The notes under the pieces: generated by a model
The model's input: only the letters and a program-made list of their open reading frames with translations
What the model was told of the DNA's origin: nothing
The model's database searches: none
Origin: Blasia pusilla
Lineage: Eukaryota
DNA: 64,000 nt
NCBI GenBank assembly: GCA_050084515.1
Contig: CM114271.1
Span: forward strand, 26,908,001-26,972,000
Direction: 5' to 3'
Made by a program: the position numbers and the translations under genes
Shown here: positions 33,157-47,024 of the stretch, one piece after another
Layout: each line of letters starts with the position of its first letter
How positions within the stretch are numbered: position 1 is the first letter of the stretch

Positions 33157-35951
33157 TCAAACATTCTTCTTCACTGCAGGCACGGCGTTCTGTCCCTTCT
33201 TGGTGTTGGAAACCTTGTAAAAGACGGACATAAATGCTCCTTCTGCTCCGTACCTGCAGACAAGCAAATCAAGCACGCTTCACCTCAATCGTTTCAAGAT
33301 CCAGGCGCATTCATGTACTGATCACTCTCGACAAACATCACATGTCGGGGATCACACACCGGAGGCACAATCCCTAAATCTTTCTCCTCGAGGTCTATGT
33401 AGTGCTCACGCGCGGATTCCCCACCCCACCCCAAACCAAAAACGACACCAATTGTTCAGCTCTCCTCTCCAGTAGTCTAGAGATCCGCATTGAAGAAGAG
33501 ATTCTGAAGACCTCGAGCTGATGCACATTGATGACGATACAAAGCGAGCCTCGACATGTAAGCAGCTGTTCATTTGACATAAGAGCCAGACTTGGTTCGA
33601 AAAGCGTCTGTGATGAACGGCTCATTGGACTGACTACCTTTGAGTAGAACGAAAAACTACCGCGAGAGATATGGAAAATGGTGGAGAGACTGGTAAATAA
33701 AGCTGAAGTCATGACAAGCATGCGAAATCGAATCTGAGGATAGTGCTGGGGGGGGGTGGAGATGGAAGAGAAGAGGAGAGGAGATTCGTGGGGATGAGAA
33801 CTTACTTCTTTCGCATTTGCGTGTACAACTTTGGGTCGAACATTCTCCAGAACTCCTCCTCCGTCTGCTCGCAGACTGCATACAAGCACTGGTACGAATT
33901 ATTGTCCCTCAGCCACTTCTCGATGTCTTTGGTCGCCTGAACTCCATCCCACACTTCATTTCGTAGAACTGGCCGGGGCACACCCCAAACCCCCACATCT
34001 GTCCACATTTGCGCATAATCTGTATCACCTGGTTTCTTCTCCTTGTCGTATCCAGCCTCGCAATCTAGCATTGTGCCGCATCCCGTCTTGAAAAGTCGGT
34101 GAGGACACAGCCAAACCGGGTAGGTCTGCAAAACAGACTGCGTAAGTGGAAATGTCTACACATGTGCGTCTTGTTGGCCTTGGAGCCTGAGCCTATCCGA
34201 AGGACAGCGATCAGTGGTAGCTCCAATTGGAATCCCTAGACGTATATTCGGTTGCCACTTTACTTCATCATATTTCATAGCCGCCCACGAGTATGCGGTC
34301 AGGCCAGTCTTCGCAGCTCGAGCAATGGTACCCTCTCTACTTCTCCTCTCGCTCATTTCCCCATTTCCTTTCGTTCATGTCCTGTAGTTTCGTATCTCTC
34401 TGTGCATATGTTTTCGTATGTGTTCCTTTTCGTCGGTGGGCTCCGTTTCTCACGAGCTAGACGCGTCTGGATATGTAGATGAACTCGCTTCGTGATCTGA
34501 ACAATTCTGAATTCCATTCGACGGAGGGGCTAAGATCTACGCACGGCGACTGGGATCCGTTCTGCGTTCGACTGCTCTCCGCCATTTCGGAGAGCGGGTT
34601 TGGAAAGCTGTCCGGGAAAGGAGGATCTGGAAGGTTGACTAGACAATCAGAGAGCCCATCTCCCGTCGATGAAAAGGGTTTAGGGGAGAACTCTGAGGAG
34701 GCTCTTGACATGCGATCCACAACCTTTGTAGAGCGAACGGAAGTGGAAAAAGAAGCAAAACAAAACGCTTTCCGATCGCATGTGGCCCAATGCCGAGATC
34801 AAACCGGGATGCATCACGCACCGCCAACCTATCGATTGACATGCGGACGTGTGGAGCGGTGGTAGAAGGATTCAGAGAAGCGGAATGGCTCGCATTTATG
34901 AGTTCGATCATGACTGCAGGTATAACGCTCATCGAGAACAATGTCAGTCACTCTCAAGTCAACCTCGTCACTGAAAGTTCTGATGAGAAAGCTCACCTCA
35001 AAGACCTCGTGGCAAACCTCCAGACTTTCTGCAACTTTGTGCTGCGGAACTAGCAAATCCTGGCAGGCATGTCTCTGTTCGTAGTATTTTCGGATCGCAT
35101 CGTTTTGCGTGAATTTCAGTATGCTCACCTGGCGACCAAACACAAACTCCACGCAATCAACAGATGCGTATTCGCGGCTTTAATGCAATCCCGCGATTCC
35201 CAAACAGAGTACAAGGAGCTTCCGACATTGACCGACACACAGAAAGCGCACGCACGTTCAGGAAGCGTTGGGGCGAAGGAGGAGGCGGAGGAGGAGGAGA
35301 GTCGTTCGGGCACACCTTCGGCGGCATCAACCATCCGAGAAACAATCGGAAGAGAGGATGGTTGCCGAAAGGAACGATGAGACCGCCTTCCCAATACAGC
35401 GATCGGGTGTGCCGATGGTAGTACTGTCGGATGGGGACATACTCCACAAACTCCCCGACTTTCAGGGCTTCCTCCGCATGAATGTGGAACCACGGCTTGT
35501 ACCACCAACCGAACCCATTGATCGTGTTCCCTTTAGCATGGGCCTCCTTCGAGCTCGCATACCGACCGGTGGTTACCACGGCCGCCGTCTCAGAGTACAC
35601 GATCCCCTCCACGAAATCTGGCACCTGCGATGCACGCCCTCACAAATCAAGACGCATGCTTGCTACCACCCACACCGGGTTGAAATGGAGAAATAGCTTC
35701 ACGATGACAGGGTCCTGATCTTGCCTAAGTTTAAGAACTTGGATATGGCGTTTCTTTTATCTCATGATCCCTCGAGCCTACGAACAGTTCAAAATTCCCT
35801 TCTGTTTCTGTCTCTGTCTCGGCGGGAATGAACTCGCAATCCTTGGACTTTTCCAGCTGCCCCGAATTCATCCTCGACCATTTTACGCTCACTCGCTGAC
35901 ATGGGAAGAGAATGAATAAAGAAATGAATTGATTTGCTTTCCACGGGGCGC

Positions 35952-35992
<41 letters not shown>

Positions 35993-36044
35993 TGAATAAA
36001 TGAAAAGATTTATCGTCCACGGGGACCCCACAGGACCATGGGAC

Positions 36045-36077
<33 letters not shown>

Positions 36078-36958
36078 TCCAAGGTCGTGCAAGAACCCCG
36101 AGGTATTGCGCTCGCAGAGGGGGAAATCGAGGCTACCTTGTCCGGATTATCTTGATCGAGATCTCGAGGACAGAAGGCGTCCGTGTAAACCTGAGCGATG
36201 TCCTTCAAGCTGCCAACAACGGGTTTGTAAGTGACGCGCATGTATTCCTTGACGGGGATGAGACGGAACTCGACACCCACGAGGAGCCCGAGAGAACCAT
36301 GAGACCAAGGAATGGCTTTGAAAAGATCCGCGTATTCGTTCTTGGCTGTCGCTCGGACCATGCGACCGTCGGCCAGCACAATTTCGAACGCAGTGCACGT
36401 TTCGGCGAAGAGCCCGTAGATGTGGCTGCTGCCTTCGATGCCGTATCCGTTGATGACACCCCCCAGCGTGAGATCATCGAGCTCGGGAAGGACTGCGGGT
36501 GCCAGGCCCAGTTTGAGAGTGGCGTGGCTCACTTGAGACATGCACACCATGGGCTCACATTTCATGAGCAATTTCTCTTCGTCGATCCACACTATGGACG
36601 AGAGATGGCCCAACTCCACCTCGAACCTCGTCGACCTCTTGTGTTCGCTGTTTCGCAATGCCACCCCTAGCCATGGAGGCCTCGCAGTGCATATGAGTCC
36701 ATCTACGCCGGGCTTCCTCGCGAGAATTCGCTCCTGTACTCGCTCGATCGCAGCTTTGTGGGTCTCCTCGGATGCGGGCCCGCTCCACAGCCGCTGTAAA
36801 ATCGGCTGCCAATGCTTCCACTGGTAGAACAGAAACGAGATCGGCAGGACGATGGGCACCACATAAAGCCACCTGAATTGCACGATAAAGTCTGCGAACG
36901 ACGACGGCCTCTTCTCTCGCTTCCGTTGAGACTGCCTCATAATTCCCGCAGTCGCCAT
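33157..36958 (-). CDS. DWF1: Delta(24)-sterol reductase / sterol side-chain reductase (DWF1/DIMINUTO family)
   Basis: Minus-strand exons 36958-36137, 35624-35316, 35128-34997, 34125-33806, 33253-33157 splice in frame. N-terminal TM segment WLYVVPIVLPISFLFY; FAD-binding ELDDLTLGGVINGYGIEGSSHIYGLF; PWSHGSLGLLV; YYHRHTRSLYWEG; YPVWLCPHRL; YGAEGAFMSVFYK. Confidence 0.95.
35955..36075. repeat. Two (GA)n microsatellites in DWF1 intron 1
   Basis: Runs at ~35955-35987 and ~36049-36075. Confidence 0.95.
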
Positions 36959-38945
36959 CAATTCGAAACGAGAAGCGTCCTACTATAACAGCTTCCGTCA
37001 CTACTATTCCTCCACAAGTCACACAATTCACAACCAGCGGAGGGCTCTCTCGTCCGTTTTTATATTCCCCTCATCACGAAGTACACACAGGCTCCGCATC
37101 GACGAAGTACACCTGAGAAATTTGAAAAAAGTGCCGGGCAACCACCGCTTTTGCCGTGGAACCTGCACCGGCTCCCTTTAACTCGAATGATGGCTGAGAA
37201 ATATTAGACGGACGTTCGGCCCCAGAAAGTGAATCACAGACTTGCACCTGTCTCGTGAACCGCAACCCGATAGGAGAGATGAAGAGGTCTACTACCCCTA
37301 CCCCACAACAAATAGTAATCCAACCGGGGCTTGTCTGTCTGTTCACCCGCCTGCCCGCCTCGCTGCGTGCCCCTCTCCCTGCCTACGGGTTCTCTTCTCT
37401 ATACTAGCCAGCGGCATTCGCATGGAAATGTGCTACAATCGATCGATCGATCGATCCCCACCCGCGACAGAGAAGGCTCTCCGGTGTGACGGACGCTACA
37501 GACGAGACCCAGAGTCCGACAGCCAGAAATGGAGAGGGACGGACGGAGGAGTATGAGGCGCGCCGAGAAAGACGAGAGTCGCGGGATTCTTCCGGATGGA
37601 GAATCTTCGAGCGAGCGAGGGCTACTTCCTTGGGTTACGTGTTTTCATGAGATGCAGCGACAATTGCTCAAGGGATTCCCCGCCTGGCCACAGCGCTGCA
37701 TCAGAGGCTGCTTTGTCTGGGTGCTGCCAAACACACACACACACAAGCAAGCTGGCTGGCTAGCCCGGCTGAGCTCGCGGAGGGAAGCGGGGGGAGTAAA
37801 GGAGGAGGAGGAGGAGGATTGCTGTGACAACTGTCCGCTGCTGGCCGTTACTAGGCATATGCACTATCTTGCAAGCATCGCGGCATTCCTTTTTTTCCAC
37901 CTTCCGTCATCAATTCGTCACCCACCTCTCCCCGTTTGATCTCCGTCCTCTCTGCCGCTGCCTCTCACGCATTTCCACCGGTACAGTACCGACACCCTCT
38001 CTCCCTCCCTCCCGGCTCTCTTGTGAAAACCACAAACTACTCTTCCTTTCGTATCTCTGATGGGGTTTTCCATCGAGCGTTTTTATTGAAGTTTATCTTC
38101 CCTCTTCCTCCTCCCCCGAATTCAAGTCGGCGACGCGTGCGCCATGTACGATTCTACCAAGTTGGCTCCCTTTGCGCAAACTCGCACTTATGTCGTCTAC
38201 GGTATTTTCATTTCATTTCATTCCTGAAAGTGCTTCAGGTACGACGTAATCGCGCAAGTTCCCTCTCGGATAGAGCGCTCACCTCCCGGCTCTCCGTCCC
38301 CGCGGCCATCGAAGGATTTCGCGTTACCGGATGTCGATCGGGGACGAGTGTGGACAGGGATGAAAACGTTCGTTGTTTGTCACCTCGCGACGCGACGACC
38401 AACATTCCTGCCGCGCGTGCTTCGGTGGGGAGAAGAGAGGGGAGTTCAGGGGCCCGAACCTTGCACGTGCTGACGAGCTCAAGCCTCGACGCCACCAAGA
38501 AAGCCTGGGGCAGTTGCTGCCCGGACGATCGTGCTGGAAGCCCAGGAGTGCTCGCTGTGCTGAGCTGGACCGTCCTCAACGGTATTTTCTTGCCGAGGAC
38601 AGTGGTATAGCACTACTCCCCCCACCTGCCTCTGTCTCTCCCTCCTCTAGGCCCGCTCCAGACTCCAGGGACCCTCCCTCCCTCCAGAGTCCAGAGCAGT
38701 GGGGGGATGTCTTAACTCCATCGCTAAAGTAGGGCTCTCAACGACTCTGGAGGAATACCCATGGACAAAGGCTGCGCTCGCTGAAATGAGTGAATGGAAT
38801 GAAGTGATGTGAAGTGAAATGAAATCATAGGAAGAACAGGATGAGGTGAGGTGGGCCCCAGCCGTGATTGCTATGTTTGTCACGGATAGAATGTGCGCGT
38901 CATCGCTCAGGACTCGAGAAACTCGTCGGAGAGTCGCCGTTGAAT

Positions 38946-38981
38946 ATTTCTTTTCTTTTCTTTTCTTTTCTTTTCTTTTTC
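38946..38981. repeat. (TTTTC)n simple repeat
   Basis: Direct reading. Confidence 0.85.
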
Positions 38982-41900
38982 TCCCTTCCTTCCTCCGACG
39001 CCGTAGGGACTCCGTCCTTCTTTGCTGGAGGACAGGAACCCCGTTCATTGAGGGGAAGCATGTGGGAGGTTCGAACTTAGATTGCGACCGCCAAAAGAGG
39101 GTTGCGTCAGTGTGACCTCCTAAGTTCAGTCACTTATCTGGCGTAGTACATCCACCGCAACGGCCGTAGGGATCCCTGCTGGCCTTCTTCCAAATTTGGA
39201 AACAAGTACGTTACGAGTGTTATGCAAGCTGAGTAAAATAGCTCGGATTAAAAAAAACTAATTCAAATAAATTTTTTTAATTAGTTTTTTATTTCTATTT
39301 ATATTATTATTTTAGAGTGTTTTTTCGATTTGCAAACACCTCCTTTGTTGACATGTGGCAACCGGGGCAATAAGAAAATGTTTTCCCTTCTATAATAAAT
39401 TTGATTTTCTTTCACTCCCATGCATGGCCCAAGCTACCCGCTATCATTAACATAAGATGAGGTTAGAGAAATCCCTTCTAAGATGTTGACACTTGTCTTT
39501 TTAAGGCCATTCTATTGTTTATGTTTTGATTGTTTACATCAATGTGGAATTTGAAGGTAATTAAATTAAGGGGGAAATTTTTTTGATTGTTTACGTCTAC
39601 GTCGAATTTGAAGGTAATTAAATTAAGAAGAAAAAAAACTCTAGTATGTTGTAAGTTGAAGTGGCAACATACTAGTGTATTGTGAATTTCTAATGTTATG
39701 GTTAAGCTGGCATGTGTAATGAGATGGAGGGGTTAGGGTAAAACTAATAGATATCCATGGGAAGAGAGGGGTAATCAAGGATAATTTGGATTAATTTTTT
39801 ATTCTTTGATCAATTTTAAATTTTATTTTAAATTAGTCAAAATACCTTTCGAGGACATTTTCGGTTTTAAATGTCAAATTTCAACAAGAGAGGGGTTTGA
39901 AAGTTGAAGGGGCGCTATCAGCCGCTATGCAATAATACTGTGGATAATAAATCAATAGATGAAAATAAGAACATATTTATTATTTTGATTTTGAAATTTT
40001 TACTACGAGGCATATAAAATTTAAGGAGGGAAAGCTTTCGTGTTCGAATCTTAGAGGAGAGGGGGAGTGGTCATAAAGAATTACTTGTGAGGGATGTATC
40101 AATGACTCATCATATCATGCGCCAAAAAAAATACATGCGTGCAGAAACTAATAGATATCCTACATATATACAATACGTTTGAATTTGAATTTTAAAACAA
40201 GTGTCTAAACTTAATACGGATTTAATTTAAAATCAAATCTGTATTTTTCCTAAATACACTCGTAAAAAAATGGAAGTATCAAAGGTGATCTACAATAATA
40301 ATATATAGATTTGATACTCCCCAAGAATTGAAAGAGTGGGGATTTTTTTAGTGAGGACTTGGGTGTTTCTTAAAGGGATTATCACTCCTTATTTAAGAGT
40401 TGGAAGTGCATTATTATTTGCAAGATCAAGGAAAGAGATTGTATGACTTTTCTGACATGCCCCAGGAAAAATTTTCTAAGCCTTCACTCGCATTCAAATT
40501 GAGAGGAATAAGAGCTATTATATGGTACCGAGAAATTGTATGAATAAGTACAATTGGGAGAAGCGTGTTTGAATAAAGATAAACGTGTTATTTGGAATGC
40601 TATTCATGATGAACTCAATCAAATATGCTTGAATATTGTACCATCTCCAAAAATCATCTTTCATCGATAGTCGAGATGGAAATTGAAAGACATTCTTGTA
40701 CAATCTTCTTCTTGCAAGTGTAAGGAGTGCAAGAGGTATAGCCTTGGTCGTAGCATCTTCCAGAATAGTTGCTCTATTGTTAGACACATGATGTATTGCA
40801 TATTCATGATTCAAGATTCACACACTCATTGTCCAATTTTATGAATATTTTTTACCATCCTCCAACAAATTTTCAATTGTTTCTTGAAAAATCCAGCCGT
40901 TCCCAAATATGCCACATTTTTTCCTCAGCATTGTTGAATTTCTTGGGGAGTTTCATTTCCAATCTTCTATTTGTCAAAATCTCCACTAGCACAAAATTGG
41001 CATTGTCCATTTGTAAACCCTAACCTTCCTTGCTCTCTTTTCGCCATATCAAATCTATGATTCTATCTGTTGAGTGGAAACTAAATTATCCTTGGTAATA
41101 GTTAAGTTTGGCAAGCCTCCCACCAATTGGGAGCCCAAGATCCAAAGCTTCAAGAATACTAGCTTGGAAACGTGGAGCTCCAAGTATTCTAAAAAGGCTC
41201 TAGGCTCTACTTCCAACAAACAATTTTACAATTTTGAACAATTTGCATATGTTTAAGTTTTTTCTATTTCTACTTCTACTCGTGAGGAAAAATATCTATC
41301 TCGATTAGTGACAAAATATCTAAATTGAATAGAATTTTTTCACAAAATAAAAGACTCAAACATCATGTCCTCACAATCAAGTAAAGGTTCGTTTCAAGAA
41401 ATCCTCAAAACAACATCTAAGTATTTTGAGCTCAATCTACTACGAGATTTACTCTAAATCATATTCAGAATGGAGAATACTCTCTCTAACACATAGTATT
41501 ACTAACAAATTGAACCCTTACAACATTAGCTAAAATAAACAAGTTTACAAACTTACATTGCAAAGAGGGGCTATAACTTACCATAGCCCACAAGTCTCTA
41601 AAGTTGCAATTCTTCCACTTCGTAATAACCATCAATTTGAAAGATTGAAACTCTTACTTAATAGCATGAGGATTTATGACAAGAAGTTGCAATTGAGCTC
41701 GAATTGGCAATTAAGCTTCAAACATTCCGTACAAGTCATCTAAATCTTTACATTATCTTTACATCTCCAACTATTTCATCCCATCGGTTGTGAAGGCATA
41801 CACAAGGGATTAAGCATTCTCATTACACCAATAAGTTTGTTATATCTAAATCACTCCTGTAAAGATGTATAGAAATTTTGAAACTAATAAAACAACCTTC

Positions 41901-42409
41901 AAATCCCTCCCTAAATAATCTTGGGACATCTCTATGCTATGAAACCGTTTGATCCTTATCTCTATCTATAAACATTTAAGATAACCAGCATGTGGCCCAA
42001 AATCATGTAGAGTGTGGTAACCTGTATTTTTAGAGAATGTCGATGGATTCAAATAATGAGTTTTCATCACAAAATTCATAGTAATAGAAGTAATCTGATA
42101 ATTTATAATCCTCCCTATAGTGCTAACATCCAAAAATGTATGTTGAAATATCTTGCCCAAGTTTTCAAGCATGGAAAGACTCTCATTGAGAAAATACAAA
42201 TTTTGGCATTCCTTATCTAGAAATGCACTCATTATCTTCTATCTCTTGGCCATATCTAAAATTAAGCAAATTATGAGGACAAATCTCAATCCTCAAGGGA
42301 GCTTGTTCATGAATTAGAGGAGGATGTAACTTAGTTTTGTAACACTTGTAACCAAACGCTAAACTCAACACAATGGATACTAGACCCCAATATGAATGAT
42401 AATGAACCA

Positions 42410-42589
42410 AAATCAATGATCTTAACCCGAAGGGTACTGAACCTTATCTCAACCCAAGAGATACTGAACCCCAATATGAATGATTACGAAAAAAAAAATT
42501 CATTGATCTCAACCAGGGAGATACTTAACCCTAATCTTAACCGCAGAGAATACTAAACGCTGATATGAACCCGTAAGATACTAAACCAT
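42410..42589. repeat. Degenerate short-period tandem repeat (atct.aaccc...gatact.aacc), interrupted by the CACTA element and resuming at 47025-47110
   Basis: The same unit appears on both sides of the CACTA insertion. Confidence 0.7.
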
Positions 42590-45500
42590 CACTAGAAGAA
42601 AAGTATGGTTTTCATAACTTGATTAAGAATGACTTATGCATAAAATGACGAAAAGTATAACTCTATTGGTTTAGTCATATTGTATGACTTGGAAAATCAA
42701 ATGAGTCATAATGTTATGACTCTTATAGTATTATAAAGGACTCTGTCATATACAAGTCATATCTCATGACTAGCTCGGTAATCTAAGTCATTTTTTCACA
42801 CATATGTATTAGAAGACATAATTTGGAGAATATTATAAATACGATTATATATATAAATTATATAACCAAAACAACATAAAATCAACCCTAGGAATTACAA
42901 TGAAAAAAGGGCATTGAAAATTGAAGAAAAAAAACAAAAAGAAAATATAGATTTCTTGGATAATGAAGGAATCCATACTATGTTATAAAGTTTCTATCAT
43001 TTAATAGGAATATGGAACAATTTCAATACATATTAACAATATAGCACTATTTAATATAATCATAATAAATATTAACCCAGAGTTTGAATAAACAATCAAA
43101 TTAGAGCAAACACTAAATGTTTTGGAGTAGAGATTTTGAATTCAATCCAACAATATTCATACTAAAAAGTGAATAAGAAAATATGTTAAAAAATGCAGTA
43201 AAAAAGAAATCCCAAATATCAAACTGAATGAAAATGAACATCATGTTTAAATATTAAAAGATGATGAAAAAAAACCAATCTTAGTTAATTTACACATTTA
43301 ATTCATTGTAATATCTCCAAAGTCAGAAAAAATAGATTTTAGGTTATATTTATTATTCTTTCAGATTTAAAACTATTAAACATCATGATGATATTATAAA
43401 AAAAAATTTCAACCATAATTTGTTTTAGTCTACTCATATTTTGTTTAAGGTTATTATTTTTCAAATATGAAAATTATATTTTTTCTTCTCTAATCTCTAA
43501 ATCTTAGAGGAGGGTTGAATTGTGGAGAGCATGAGCTAAGAGCACTACACGCCAAGATTTGAAAAGGGCCTAATGCCTAGGGCACGTGACAAAGGGCGCG
43601 AGAGTGCTCGTAGAAGGGAGAGCGGCAACCAAGAAGAAAGGGGTCACGCAGGGAGTTGCGCTTTAGGATGTGCGTGGCAGCTTGTTGTTGATCTGAGGCA
43701 AGATGCAGCTCTCACCAACGGAGACGTCGAATTCCAACTCCGACATGACATAGCATGTAGTACGATCTTGTTGATCATTGCATTCTGCACTGTGTGTTTT
43801 TTTCGCCAAGTGTACTTGGCGTTCTTTGCCGAACCCTACATCGATGCAAAGGAACTTGTCCTTACCAAGTTTACACACATCGGCTATTACTCCCAACTTG
43901 AGATAAAGAGCTTGAACGATGAGGGCTTTGTTGTCAAACTTTATCCCTTCCGAGCGCGTGCTGCAATGCGTAGATAAGGACGGATTTTTCATGGCACTCA
44001 TTTCTTCATCGTTGATTTCTAGCTTTGTGGTCGTCGATTTCTAGCTTGGTTTGCCTTCGTTTTGTCCACTTATTGTTATCATTCTTGAAATTGATGTATT
44101 CACTCACTATTGGCCTTTCCCGTTTTACGTTTTTATCTCTTCTACCTTCCGCAACTTCGTACTCGTTCGTGACGGTCTTTTTTCCTTCGACGGCCTTTTG
44201 TTTCGTTCGTGCAGAGCTTGCAAATCCCACAAGTCAACTTTTGAGATTCCGCTTGCTCCCTTGCAGTAGTCAAGAGCTGGATCATCCTTCTCCACAGTGT
44301 ATCATCGCGAGTTTCCATGACCTGTGAATCTTGGACGCGCTCGAAAAGGTTGAATGAACCTTACAATAATAAGCATCAGGATCGTCCCCTTAGTTCCCTA
44401 AACGCATCTCATCGTCATTCATTCTCACACGCTTCGATCCCTGTTGATAATTTTTTGCCTCTTCAATTTTTACTTGACCAATTTTACTAACAGACGGACA
44501 AATCAATCGAACTCTCGATTCACTCCGAATCTTGCTGTAGCAGCAATTCAGCTTTTCGTTTCTCTGTTCACTCATTGCAATGAGTAGACGCTGACGAGTG
44601 CGTGGGTCTATTGCTACTGGACAAAAATGTGTAGGTGAATTTCAGATTTCGGACTCTCGGATAGCGGGAGTGTTCGCGAGAGGATTGTCATGTTCTTCGT
44701 GATATTCTCCTTCGAGGTGGGGGAGCCCAAATTTTTTTGGGTCTAAATCGCGGCCGGTCAATGCCTATTTGTGGTCTCTCTCTCTCTCTCTCCTCCTGTT
44801 CAAACCCTCGGCAACATTTGAGGGTAAGATAGAGCTTCATCTCGTGGAGCCGTTCTTGCCTCTATGATATGTGGCAGCATTACCATCACAACTATCCATT
44901 GTGCACGACACACAAAAATTTTGCGCTTCTTCATGTCAACTATCAACAATCAACTGCATCCTCCTCCGCTCTTCATGTAGAGCTGCAAATTCTCTTCAAT
45001 CTCCTCCTCTGTATCTCGATTCTCAATGTATCAAGATCTCGACCTCTTTCCTTGTTATGAGTTTTGATACATTGCTTCAATTCGGATGGTGTGTTAGGAA
45101 AACTCTCCACACTCTGGGCGTCAATTTAGGGTTTACACAAGTGGATATCACAAGAGTAGTCGGCTCGAGAAAAAAAAAAGCGAATCACCGATTAATTGAT
45201 TAAATGTTAGGCATAGAGGATAGAGAGAAAAAATTGAGTTAGTGATTGATTGATTGAATGTTATACACAGAGAGTAAAGAGAAGCAATTGTAGATAGTAG
45301 AGTTATGGCGAGAAATGATTTGTCTGTTGCGTGTCTCAAGAGACTGCTTGATTTTGATCTTGGTTTTTTGTCCACTGGGAGAGCCTTACGAGGGCCCATG
45401 GGACATTCCACTCATCTCAAAATGGCAGGATAGAGTGAGTGATCTTGAGGTAGAGATAGAAGAATGGGAGACTTGAGATTTGCAACGAGGAGTGATGATT

Positions 45501-47024
45501 TAAGAATTTGCAGCTTCGGCTTACCAGAGGGTTGAGCATTGATCGAATGTTGGAGGTACACCGTGAGCAAATATTGCAGATGTGAGGTGATTAGTGGAAT
45601 CCTTTGGACTAAGAAATAAACTCTTCATCATACGAACTTCATTGCTTGTCTAAATACTAGAAATGGATTAGATCATGGAGGCCGTTGCTACACCGGGATT
45701 TTTTCTTTTAGTGTCATCGTAGTTGGCATACCAAAGCCGAAGAGAAACCAAACGAGGATCATTATGAGAATCCCAACTCGGCTTAATCCTAGATTCCAAA
45801 TCTGAAGCACATAAATATTTGTGTAGGAAGATCTATGGGGTCCCTATGGCATGATGGCCAAATTCACTCACTAATGTACGTCATTACATCATACATATAC
45901 GCTTCAAGTGCATGTAATTGCACGACCGTCATTATGTGCATGTGTACGGGTATGTTTCTATGTACAATTTGCAGGTTCACTTGATGATTCTGATCTAAGA
46001 GTCTAAGCACTGAATCACTGGAATTAGACCTGTTAGCCAATCTTGGCATGTACAATTTTGACATGCCCAAGAGTGCTATTTTCCCCGTGAGGAGATTGTG
46101 ACTCTTATCTATAAGGACTCCTCAAGTTGGGATTATATTGTACAGAGGGAAGTTATGCATCTACATATCTTTCCTCTGCACTATTGTGATTGTGATTATT
46201 GCACCCTGAACATCTCATTCACTCGCTGTTGTTGAGAGATTTTAGAGTTAACAAAGGCTAATATAATGAGAGTGCAATATGTAGCAATAATAAAACGTCA
46301 ATGTTATGATGAAAACAAAATAACTCACAATAATTGAAGTGTGAGTTTTTTTTAAATATAACTAACTCAGTCGTTTATATGACTAAGATAATCTAGACAA
46401 TAACCAAATCACTAATTGTATATTATTCATCCAATCGTTAATATAACTACTGCAACGACCATAATACCAATAGAGTCATTGCTCTAGTCATTTGTAATAA
46501 CTGAGGTAGTCACACCTACTTATTTATGACAATGATTAATGACATGATCAAGCCCCTGCTCGACTCATATAGTCATTTTGAACAACTCAATAAGTTGGAG
46601 TCATAGAATTCCATGACCCCATGAGTCATAGAATAGGACTCATGCAATTAATGATTATGACATAGTCATTTCTACCACATACGTCAAGGACTAGAGACAT
46701 TATATTAACACCTGTCGTTGTATGAGTCCTTCATGACACTGTCCTTTCTCGTAAGGTGTCACGTGGCCGCATGTGATTTGTTATTCAAATCCTACTCAAC
46801 ATGCCATGCCATACAACTACATGGAAAGTATAGTTATGACTGAGTCATTTAAGACACGTGTCATTCATTGGTGACTGTAATATCATCTTCATGCCATATC
46901 ACAAGCGGATGTGGCATGGTTTATATGACTCTAACGGTCATGAGTCATTCTTAGTCATTTACCACCAAAAATGACTCAACCAAGTCATTTACTAGAGTCA
47001 TAAAAACCAAGATTTCCTCTAGTG
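42590..47024. mobile_element. Non-autonomous CACTA (EnSpm) DNA transposon, 4435 bp
   Basis: Left end CACTAGAAGAAAAGTATGGTTTT; right end, as reverse complement, CACTAGAGGAAATCTTGGTTTTT. 3-bp TSD CAT at 42587-42589 and 47025-47027. Dense TGACTC/GAGTCA subterminal repeats at both ends. No recognisable transposase. Confidence 0.92.

Noticed and set aside
36038-36670. Antisense ORFs over DWF1, and similar antisense ORFs over gag/pol
   Set aside because: Shadow frames of GC-rich coding sequence.
37936-38610. 224-aa ORF and neighbouring ORFs at 37.2-39.1 kb
   Set aside because: No recognisable domain; GC-rich upstream/5' UTR region of DWF1 where long ORFs arise by chance.
40000-42400. AT-rich region with short ORFs
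   Set aside because: No motif I could identify; probably decayed TE, left unannotated.
42410-42589. Short repeats as a possible CRISPR array
   Set aside because: Eukaryotic context, degenerate units, no unique regular spacers, no cas genes.
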